Positions 26,560-34,897 of a stretch of 64,000 bases of DNA are shown here, piece after piece. The position numbers and the translations under genes were made by a program. Below the pieces are notes generated by a model. It did not search any database, had not been told where the DNA came from, and saw nothing but the letters and a program-made list of their open reading frames with translations. Location of the stretch: contig OZ240241.1 in NCBI GenBank assembly GCA_965198115.1, positions 38,323-102,322 on the forward strand, read 5' to 3'. How positions within the stretch are numbered: the stretch's first letter is position 1; every line of letters starts with the position of its first letter. Origin of the DNA: Candidatus Latescibacterota bacterium (GTDB lineage Bacteria > Latescibacterota > UBA2968).

Positions 26560-27438
26560 ATGGTTCGGACATTTATTGTCGAAGAGCACAATGAGGCGTT
26601 CTTGGTTTGGAGTCGAGCAATTTCTGCTGGTCTCATACCAGCCACCGGGAACGAGCTAGTTCACGTTGACCAACATTCAGATCTTGATGCGCCAAGGCTA
26701 AAGAGATCTGTGAAAGACACTATGGATGACGATGAGCTACTGGAGTTTGTCTTTCGTGATCTAAGGATCGGAACCTTCATCATTCCAGCTGTCTACCTGG
26801 GGTTGTTTAACTCGATTCAATGGGTCAAGAAACGCCACAATTTGGAGACCCAGAAAACGTTATTTGTCCGATCTTACAACACTTCTGGAAAGAAACTCAT
26901 CATACAAGATGAACTTCCACTAGGGATCGATCTCACAGATGATGACGTGCAGTCTTTTCAGCTTATTCGTCAGAATGTCGAGAACCTTGAGTGCACAAAC
27001 GATGCCGTTCTAGACATAGACTTGGATTACTTCTCAGCCGAGGAAAACCCGGCGGAACGCACGGACTGCGTTGCCGAGATAACTCGAGAAGAGTACTGGT
27101 CATTCCACAACGACAGATATCACCAGATTAACTATCTCGGACCAATCGTGGAAGCGGTAGAGAAGAACGGGAGATACTTTTACACCTTCAACATGTTCGA
27201 TGAGATCTACCCCTCGCGTCTGGCTGTTGATGATGGGATCATTCAGCAGAGAGTTGAAGAACTCATCGAAGTACTCTCAAGAATCGAGCTTGTTCCTAAA
27301 TTGATAACCATATGTCGTTCTGTGAAGAGCGGCCACACACCCTCCAGCCAGGGCCAACTGATTGAAACTATGGTGCTCAAAGGGCTTAGAGCATTGTACG
27401 AGATCGACCCACAGATGGTCGACGACTCACTCGCATAG
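26560..27438 (+). CDS. UPF0489 (C5orf22-like) family protein
   Basis: TFIVEEHNEAFLVWSRAISAGLIP...ELVHVDQHSDL, IGTFIIPAVYLGLFNSIQWV, VLDIDLDYFSAEENP and PKLITICRSVKSGHTPSSQGQLIETMVLKGLRALY run in parallel with the conserved blocks of eukaryotic UPF0489/C5orf22 as I remember them (VVEDH.EVL...HFDSHPDL; IENWIMPAVYAGH; VLDIDLDFFS; TIARSS...). Confidence 0.7.
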   Translation: MVRTFIVEEHNEAFLVWSRAISAGLIPATGNELVHVDQHSDLDAPRLKRSVKDTMDDDELLEFVFRDLRIGTFIIPAVYLGLFNSIQWVKKRHNLETQKTLFVRSYNTSGKKLIIQDELPLGIDLTDDDVQSFQLIRQNVENLECTNDAVLDIDLDYFSAEENPAERTDCVAEITREEYWSFHNDRYHQINYLGPIVEAVEKNGRYFYTFNMFDEIYPSRLAVDDGIIQQRVEELIEVLSRIELVPKLITICRSVKSGHTPSSQGQLIETMVLKGLRALYEIDPQMVDDSLA

Positions 27439-27599
27439 CGTACTGAAGCTGGATCCCCGCATAGTCCATTTAGATGGTGCGCTTTGAGCGCATGTGCGAA
27501 TCCGGTGACGATATTGACCTGCCCCCACTCCTCCGAAGATAGGGTTTAGCAAAAGGCACTACCGCTTGGATTAAGAGTTCAGCAGTCCTAACAGCTAAC

Positions 27600-28098
27600 G
27601 GTAAGCCCCCGGCTCTGCCGGGGAGACTCCCAGTGTTTGACAATTCCGGGAAATAGACAAGAGCCTTCCGATTCCGTGGACCGCTCAAAGCTCACGGAAG
27701 GAAGGCTCTCAATGAACGACCTTCAGAGTCTACGTCACACGGTATGGGAGTGCAAGTATCACGTTGTTTTGGGTTCCGAAGTATCGGAGAAAGTCTGTAT
27801 GCGGAGCTTCGCCGGTATCTGGGAGAAGCTTTCCGCGATCTTGCCAAGGCAGAGGGAATCTCGTGTTGAAGAAGGTCATCTGCGTCCGGATCACGTGCAC
27901 ATGTTGATTTCGATCCCGGCCGAAGCACTCAGTAGCTCAGACGGTAGGGTTCATCAAAGGAAAGAGTGCGATCCACATTGCTCGGAACTACCTGGGACGT
28001 AGTTCGAACTTCACGGGGCAGCATTTCTGGGCAAGAGGCTACTGGGTCTCCACCGTTGGTAAGGATGAACAAATGGTTCGGGAGTTATATCCGGATGT
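27600..28098 (+). mobile_element. IS200/IS605-family element, degenerate
   Basis: The left-end hairpin is GGTAAGCCCCCGGCTCTGCCGGGGAGACTC. It is followed by a Y1 transposase reading MNDLQSLRHTVWECKYHVV.../...PKYRRKVLYAELRRYLGEAFRDLAKAEGI.../...EEGHLRPDHVHMLISIP.../...GFIKGKSAIHIARNYLGR..NFTGQHFWARGYWVSTVGKDEQMVREYI, spread over three frames. Confidence 0.75.
27712..28098 (+). pseudogene. tnpA: IS200-type TnpA (Y1 transposase), at least three frameshifts
   Basis: See the element entry. The HUH region (HVHML) and the catalytic-Tyr region (ARGYWVSTVG) are recognisable but out of frame with each other. Confidence 0.75.
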
Positions 28099-28130
28099 CC
28101 GGCGTCAACCATTCTTCCCGCCGTGTTGCC

Positions 28131-29736
28131 TCACGTAGTAATGTTACCAGGTACAGAAGCTGCTGCATCAGACTCCGATTTGCTGGTGTCGGAGAGAGTG
28201 TACTGGGGCGCCCCGGGTTCCAGATTGGCCCCACCGAAGATAAGTTTCCGGGCCATCGTACGGCGCCAGTCCCGTACCCGACGCTGTAGAGTGCGGAGTT
28301 GGCCGGGGGTGTACGTAGAGGGGTACTCCTGCTGAAGCCGCTCGAGGAGGGATTTGGCCGTTGCGTCGGGCTCCTCGACTAACCACCCTTCCACCACGGG
28401 CCATACCGAGACGAAGGGATCCAGACGCGTACGCCAGTGACGGCCTGAGGCCGGGGGCAGTCGGTGTGTTGGCCGGGCTTCTCCCCCGCGCCACAGGGTG
28501 GGCAATTGTGATAGAAAGAGGGCAAGGTCGTCGTCGGTTGAGGACCCTTCAGTCGCTTCGTCCGGCGCAGAGAGCCGGGTTAGCGCGGACTGTGCTAAGC
28601 GGATCTCGTTAAGGAGCTGTAGGGGGTCCAACGAGGCCGAGAGTTCCTGAAGTCCTCGGATCTGGTCGTCCGCGATGTATTCGGATGCCAACAATCGCTG
28701 GCAAGGGGTGGCCGGCGGATAGTAGTGCTTGATCACCTTGGCGCCCTGTCGGCTCTTCTCCTTGAGCTTGAAGGAGAGGGCTGGAAGCAGTTCACGCGTA
28801 GAGCCGGGAAACAGAGTAGAGACGGGACAGCGTCTGCGTGGCCTTGACCCCCTTCAAGCGCCCATACCCGACCAACCGCCGCACTACAGCCCCATTCTTC
28901 TGCTCGACCCAGGCCTGGTCATTCTTGCGATAGGGGCGCGAACGTGTCTGAGTGAGTCCTGCGTCTCTAGTGTACGTGAGCAGGCTATCGTTGATGAAGG
29001 CGCCGTCGTTGTCCGTATCCAGACCTATCAATGCGAAGGGAAGTTGGCCACGTACCATCTCCACGGCTTCTACGACCAAGCCCTGCTCTCGCACGAGCAG
29101 TGGCAGGCACTCCGTCCAGCCCGAAGCGATGTCGGTCAACACCAGAGTATGGACGCAACTGCCCTCGCTGTTGCCGCCGTTGTGGGCCACAAAGTCGGCT
29201 TCCATGAACCCAGGCCGTGGGTCGACCCAATCGCTGAAGGTGCGCACCGGAATCTGGCTACGCACAAGCCCATTGGACTGACGGCGCCTGCGGCGGTCCG
29301 AGGTGGCAGCCCGCTGTGGCGCCAGGAGCCTATCGATCGTAGCCGCGCTGATGCTCAGCAGGAGCTCTCTCAGTTTGGCACCTAGAACCAGGTGACCATG
29401 CCGCTCCAAGGCCCCCACCAAGACCAGCATGAGGGCCTTGAGGCGCTTGCTGCAGATCCGGTCAGCTGACTCCCACACGATGATGAGAGCCTCATGCACT
29501 GCCTCGTCGTAGATCCGAGAGCGAGGACGGCCCGAGCGGCGGTAGCACGTTTCACCACCGTTGAGAAGCCTCAGGGCGTGTTTGCGATGGTAGCCCGTCA
29601 GGGCCACGAACTCATCCAAAATCCTGCGCTTCTCGCCGCTTGAAGCCACCCGATATCGGCGTCCAACTTCCACCACGAGCTCCCGTTTGGTCGCCATGCT
29701 GATGCTCCTCGCCATTTCTGCTCCCGCGAAAGACAA
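28131..29736 (-). pseudogene. DDE integrase-core transposase (IS481/ISNCY-like), interrupted by a stop and frameshifts
   Basis: ORF 28792..29736 has an HTH-like N-terminus and an rve-type core: ...DFVAHNGGNSEGSCVHTLVLTDIASGWTE...LDTDNDGAFIN...RPYRKNDQAWVEQKNGAVVRR.... Homology continues past a TGA and frame changes into ORF 28131..28736 (...FKLKEKSRQGAKVIKHYYPPATPCQRLL...). Confidence 0.65.
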
Positions 29737-29969
29737 AGGGGGTAGCAGAATATGTGAGGCAACGACCCCTCAGGGGTAGCAGAAACCCTGAGTCAATGCG
29801 GGTGGGAGTTCTAATTGTCGCTAATCAATCCAGAACCAGGAGCGGGAAGACCAGCGTCTCGACCAGTCTCAACATCTTCAGATAATCGCCCCCTTTAGGT
29901 GGCGCACACGGTCTTAAACCGCTTTGAGCGGTTCACAAGTTTTTCAAGCCTCCAGCTTTGCCGGAGGTC

Positions 29970-31067
29970 ATGACTACAGTGAAAGTGGATGATGGGGGGG
30001 ACATTTTGCAGGTGATGGTCGACATCCATTTAGATCCACCGATACGCACCTGGACCTACCACGCGTTTCGAATGTCAGTTTTAGGGAAGGGTCGTTTCTT
30101 TCGACCGTGGATCCTAAGCAATTTCATCCAGATGTGCTGTCGAGATTTGAGTGACTTCTCTTGGGAATCCTTAGAGGTGTACGAAGCCTATCTTGATGTA
30201 CCGTATGGGTATAACTTCTTTTGTCCTGAAAAGTTCTACAATGCAGCGGGCTTGGTACAGCATTCAGTTGATAGAAACCTGTTTAGCGAATGGACCGATG
30301 GAAGGCTGGCAGAATTCGTTTGTAGATCCATTGACCGCGGCTTCTGTTTTTACACATACCTCAACTATCAGTCCGTGCTCAGAGAGGGGAACACACCGAT
30401 TCATCCATCGAAAAGTAACCATGGGACAATGATATGTGGCTATGATAAAAGTAAACGTGCATTCGCGATTTTGGGCTATGAATCCGGGAGCTATGGTCTT
30501 TCTTGGGTGGACATTAACCTCGTAGAAAGCGCGTACCAAGAGACCTACCTTGAATCGATGAGCAGAGCCCATCAGACCATCTGGCTATTGGGCAGAGACG
30601 ATACTCCTTATTGGTTTAGCTTGGAAAAGGTGGCAGGACAGCTTCGTGACTATCTCGACTCTCAGAACAGGCTTGGATTCGGAAGCCTTCTTGTTCAGCA
30701 GCCATCGTCACTATGTTATGGGTTGGAGACCTATGAGACGGGTCTCATTGGGCACTTAGGTGTAGTTCAGGAGAGGCCCAAACTCCTCTACTATCATCTT
30801 TTCCACGCTCTTAAGGAGCACAAGGCGCTGATGCTCGAAAGAATTCAACACCTCAATCATATGCGGATTGTTGATCATAGGATAGTGGAGGAATACTCCT
30901 CGATCTTCAGATGGGCTGAAAATGTCAGAATGGTAATGCTAAAGTTCAGGATGAGACCAAGGAAAAAGACGCCAGATCGAATGATCAATAGATTGCGGGA
31001 AATGGCTGAGAAGGAGGCGGAGGTATTGGAAAAGACTTACCAAGCGATAAGTCAAGTGGGGGAATAA
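29970..31067 (+). CDS. hypothetical protein (365 aa), weak papain/transglutaminase-like His motif
   Basis: I chose ATG 29970 because GGAGG lies 5 nt upstream. SNHGTMICGYDKSKRAFAILGY resembles the catalytic-His strand of papain-fold enzymes (H..V.GYD). I recognise no other family motif. Its low GC matches the cluster genes. Confidence 0.5.
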   Translation: MTTVKVDDGGDILQVMVDIHLDPPIRTWTYHAFRMSVLGKGRFFRPWILSNFIQMCCRDLSDFSWESLEVYEAYLDVPYGYNFFCPEKFYNAAGLVQHSVDRNLFSEWTDGRLAEFVCRSIDRGFCFYTYLNYQSVLREGNTPIHPSKSNHGTMICGYDKSKRAFAILGYESGSYGLSWVDINLVESAYQETYLESMSRAHQTIWLLGRDDTPYWFSLEKVAGQLRDYLDSQNRLGFGSLLVQQPSSLCYGLETYETGLIGHLGVVQERPKLLYYHLFHALKEHKALMLERIQHLNHMRIVDHRIVEEYSSIFRWAENVRMVMLKFRMRPRKKTPDRMINRLREMAEKEAEVLEKTYQAISQVGE

Positions 31068-31084
31068 GATTGATAGCAAAATTC

Positions 31085-31625
31085 GGCGGAATGAGAATCG
31101 GGTGAAGTTCCGAACGGATTTGATCTGTCCAAACACGGGTTCGATGATCTGTTTTCTTTTCCAGTAGGTGCAGCGACCCTTCTGTGTGAGAAGCTTTCTC
31201 GCCATTTTGTCTTTCGTCGTTGCGCCCTTGGGGATCCGTCCCCTGGGGCAGGTCGCGATGGGCGTTCCATGTTTCTGTTTTGTCGTCGCCACATAGAGGT
31301 CGACGCCATCTGATTGAACCTGATCGACCTGACTTTGGTTGAAGTATCCGGTGTCGGCAGTGAGGTGCTTGGGTGTCGTGCCGCCCATATTCGCTCTGAT
31401 CTGGTTGACCATAGGTGTCATCTGGTTCTTGTCATCAGCTTCTTGGGTGACGTCGGCAGCAACGACAATCTGGGCCTTGTCATCCACAGCAGCTTGGCAG
31501 TTGTAGGCTTGAAGGAATTGGCCCCCTGAGACCATGATCCGTGAGTCGGGATCGGTGAAGTTCAGTTGTTCCTTGGAGTCGGGCTCTTTCGATGGAGGCT
31601 TGGGCTTACGTCCACGACACGGGCA
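31085..31625 (-). pseudogene. IS1182-family transposase, central/C-terminal fragment
   Basis: ...QLNFTDPDSRIMVSGGQFLQAYNCQAAVDDKAQIVVAADVTQEADDKNQMTPMV...HLTADTGYFNQSQV...KRKQIIEPVFGQIKSVRNFTRF is the DDE_Tnp_1/IS1182 pattern. Both ends are truncated. Confidence 0.7.
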
Positions 31626-32607
31626 CAACCCAAACGCCAGAGCTACGAAGAAAAATAACTTTGGCGACAGGACGTTGACGAAATAATTTTTCCCATTCGG
31701 ATAACTCCGCGCTTTTTCGTGCCCCCGGTTTCCCACCCCAAAGAACATCACAATAAACGCCCTATGTAACTGTTTATAAATAGGTTAACCGTTCTTCGTA
31801 GTCCATGATTTTCCAGAAAATGGGGTCAATTAGTGAGGAGCTGACGCTGGCTTCTCAAAACTCCACGCGTGCTGTAAGATGTGGATCATCTCGAGCGAAA
31901 CACCTTCCGCCTCGGCTTCCTCACGCTGCTTGACGATCTGATCGAGATCGTCCGGATCGATCTGCGTATCCATATTGTTGACACCGTGACGCGTGAGGAA
32001 TTGCAGCTCCTTCTTCGAGGTCCCGATGCCCTGACAACCCACATACATAGCGCACTCCCTTTCTGTTGAGTTGCGAAACCTGGAGAGCTTCGCTGGGAAT
32101 CAAGTTAGAGCCGGGCGATAAGGTTGGAAAGTGTGTACGGCACAGGACACGATTGGTACGGGCAGGTCTTGACGACAACGTCTACCCGTCTATATTAACC
32201 AACGGCGTGAAGGACGCCGCCTGTCCGCGGAAAGGGACCGAGTCCCACCTTCCCTCTTGCAGAACCTACATCACAGTCTTCTTTCGGCCTGACCTGCGGA
32301 CATCGGGCAAACGGTTCACGAAAGGAGATTGTCGTGGCTACGCAATCCTTCCCGCAGTCGCTCCCTGCTTCTCCGTCGCTGTCCCAACTCAAACTTCAGG
32401 CAAAAGAACTCCGTTCGGGCTATCAGTCCGGTGATGAGGACGCGGTCGCACGGGCGAAAGCGTCGCATCCAAAACCGGACCAACTGAATGGATCGGGTCT
32501 TTCTCAAGCTGACACTCGTTACGGCCCGTGAATACGGGTTTCCCAGCTGGCCGCGTCTCAAACGTCACGTCGAGGAATTTAGTCGCGCCAGCGGCTAACT
32601 AAACCTT

Positions 32608-32771
32608 GGTAAGCCCCCGGCTCTGCCGGGGAGACTCCCAGAGTTTGACAGTTCCAGAAATATGTAAGAGCCTCCCTTGCCGTGGACCGCTCAAAGCACA
32701 CGGAAGGAAGGCTCTCTAATGAGCAACGTAAGGAGTCTACGTCACACGGTTTGGGAGTGCAAGTATCACGT
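32608..32771 (+). mobile_element. IS200/IS605 left-end fragment (second copy)
   Basis: About 164 bp closely matching 27600..27765, including the hairpin GGTAAGCCCCCGGCTCTGCCGGGGAGACTC and the first codons ...LRHTVWECKYHV. It then breaks off. Confidence 0.75.
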
Positions 32772-32773
32772 AC

Positions 32774-33063
32774 AATGTGCTGCTGGCACTCCGGATTTGC
32801 TTTTAAAAATTCACCGAAGCTGAAATCCTCGGAGTAGAACGCGTAGACCAGTTTCCGAATCGTTTCCATGCCTTGAAGATACTCGGTCAGGAATCGGCCG
32901 AGACGCTCGCCCGAAAGGTCCCCCTCCCGAAGACCATCGACGATCGCATCGGCCGCCATTTCGCCCGACTCGAGCGCCAGAAAGATGCCGGATGAATAAA
33001 CGGGGTCGAGGAATCCGAACGCGTCGCCCACGAGCACCCAGCCGTCTCCCGCAATACGGGCTT
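32774..33063 (-). pseudogene. FAD-dependent oxidoreductase (geranylgeranyl reductase/halogenase-like), C-terminal fragment
   Basis: ...RIAGDGWVLVGDAFGFLDPVYSSGIFLALESGEMAADAIV contains the conserved GDA.GF.DP..S.G motif of the second FAD-binding region. The N-terminal ~300 aa are missing. The 3' end is cut by the IS200 fragment. Confidence 0.6.
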
Positions 33064-33148
33064 ATTCTCCCATGTTCCCCAGACAAGACAGGTCGGTACC
33101 CTGCCACGGCCGTCTGGGCGCGGTCGGCTCAAAATGATCGGATTCCGT

Positions 33149-33505
33149 TCAAACGCCTTTAAACCAATCCGATCGGATCCGCACCCTCTCGATCATCTCA
33201 GTCTCAGTCTCCACACCAAGGGCATTTTCCTTGAGCAGGTTGCAAAGACGATCCCCGTCGATTAGATCGATTGCGATCGCACCGTCACGGGTGGCCTCTT
33301 CCGCCGCCTGACTGGTGAAAGTGCCCGTGGTGACGAACAGGCCTTTGTCGGCACGGCCCTGTAATGCCCCACGAAAATCCCTAATATCCTTGGCACCTAC
33401 GCTTCCCTTCCAACGCTTGCACTGGAAGTAGATCTGAAACGATACAAGGTTCACGCGTAGCACACCCACTCCGTCGATCCCTCCGTCGCCGGATTTCCCA
33501 CGCAC
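33149..33505 (-). pseudogene. Mrr-type restriction endonuclease, catalytic domain only
   Basis: GDGGIDGVGVLRVNLVSFQIYFQCKRWKGSVGAKDIRDFRGALQGRADKGLFVTTGTFTSQAAEEA is the Mrr_cat (D-QCK) nuclease pattern. The N-terminal winged-helix domain is absent. Confidence 0.65.
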
Positions 33506-33587
33506 TTCGACTTTGGTGAACCCCGCTTGCCGAAGAACTCATCTCTTTCAGCCACAGCTAATCTCGCCCCCCAACAGGAGTATTCAA

Positions 33588-33695
33588 ATGAGCATTTTTC
33601 AGCGCGTCTTCAGACTCGGCAAGGCCGAGGTCCACTCGGCTATCGACAAGATCGAGGATCCGATCAGGATGACCGAGCAGGGTATTCGGGACCTC
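33588..33695 (+). pseudogene. PspA/IM30-family protein, N-terminal ~36-codon fragment
   Basis: MSIFQRVFRLGKAEVHSAIDKIEDPIRMTEQGIRDL matches the canonical PspA start (MxIFxR....A....L.K.EDP..ML.Q..R). AGGAG lies upstream. Similarity is lost after about codon 36. Confidence 0.5.
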
Positions 33696-33980
33696 CCGGT
33701 CGTCGCCCGCGCGATCGGAGAGACGGGTCTGCCGCGAAGAGCCTTGCGCGCATCGCGCATGCCTCCGTAAGGGCAACGGAATGGTGAGAACGAGTGCCAA
33801 CCCAAAGAAAAGGAGACGCACATCGGGTCTGCCGATTGCCGTCCCAAAGGACGTGGCCTCGATCCGGCTGTTGATCGATACCGTTGCCCGGACGAACGAG
33901 TTGCCCCTTCCCGGTGTCGACTCTGTGCACGTCAGGAAAGCCCTCTTCGAGCGAGAGGACACTGGCCACGAGGAAAGCGG

Positions 33981-34721
33981 GTGGAGGGCCTGGACCCGAT
34001 CGACTGGGCCAGACGGTTGGTCGCCGCTGAGCTCTACGCGCGGGAAGAGGACGTGGTCGGCATCGCGAGGGGGTTGGGGGTTGATGGGCCCGTCGTAAGG
34101 GACGACCTGGAGGTGATCTCGGTCTACCAGGTGCTCGCAGAGGGTGTTGGGCAAGCGCAGGCAGCACTCTCCCGGATAAGGAGGCGGTTTGAACGTCTCC
34201 AGGTGGCGGCTTTCGCCGACCTGCGTGAGGCCGAGAGCTTCCAGCTTCGGCGAAGAATCAGGACCGAAATCGGCCGTCGGGAGATGAGGCTCTGTAAGAT
34301 GCTCCAGAAGGTCGGTTTCTATGGCCGGGTCACCGCCGGCTTACGCGTGGGCGAGCCCGTTGCTGACGAACGCGCGATGGATGCCGTGAAGCATCTGCCA
34401 GATGAGGGGGTGCCCTATGTGGACCGAGGCCACATCGCCGCGATCCACCAGTTGGTGAATGCGGTCGTCCACCCGAATCAACTGTCTCTGTTCGGCGCGG
34501 GATCTGTGCAGGCCCTGAAGATCCTGCGTGAGGGGAGGGGCACGTGGTCCGCTGGGAGGAAGAAGGAAGGGTCGGGTGAGCACGCGGCCGTGTGGGCCAG
34601 GCGGCTGCTGGTCGGCACGCTCCTGGCCAAAGGAGGACGACCTCTCCAGGTCGCAGAAGCTCTGGGCGTTGACAGATCGGTCGTCTACAATGATGCCAGA
34701 GAGGGTATTCCTCGAGAGTAG
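33981..34721 (+). CDS. hypothetical protein with two HTH-like repeats
   Basis: 246-aa ORF. DWARRLVAAELYAREEDVVGIARGLGVDGPVVRDDL near the N-terminus repeats as VWARRLLVGTLLAKGGRPLQVAEALGVDRSVVYNDA near the C-terminus. It has a non-ATG start and sits in GC-rich, ORF-rich sequence, so coding status is uncertain. Confidence 0.3.
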   Translation: MEGLDPIDWARRLVAAELYAREEDVVGIARGLGVDGPVVRDDLEVISVYQVLAEGVGQAQAALSRIRRRFERLQVAAFADLREAESFQLRRRIRTEIGRREMRLCKMLQKVGFYGRVTAGLRVGEPVADERAMDAVKHLPDEGVPYVDRGHIAAIHQLVNAVVHPNQLSLFGAGSVQALKILREGRGTWSAGRKKEGSGEHAAVWARRLLVGTLLAKGGRPLQVAEALGVDRSVVYNDAREGIPRE

Positions 34722-34897
34722 TCGGGATCAATCGAGGTTATGAAGCAGGGCTTTCGGGGTTATTCGTTCCAGGTTGTTGTTCTTGTTGCTTCGGTGAGCT
34801 CAGGGCTGAGAGAAACGGTGCTGTTCTGAATGGTGATTTGGCCACTATTGACCATCTCTCTCAACAAGCGTGAGATGCGTAAATTCGGAGGAAGGAG

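Noticed and set aside
31830-32580. Short ORFs 31830..32048 (-) and 32334..32531 (+)
   Set aside because: Both look like 5' stubs of genes. The second continues out of frame as ...LTLVTAREYGFPSWPRLKRHVEEF and is then cut by the IS200 fragment. The similarity I could recall was too vague to name a product.
33558-34167. Overlapping minus-strand ORFs of 198 and 167 aa in a GC-rich stretch
   Set aside because: They are mutually overlapping and Arg/Pro-rich, have no motifs, and are antisense to the PspA stub and to the 33981..34721 ORF. This is typical of spurious ORFs in high-GC DNA.
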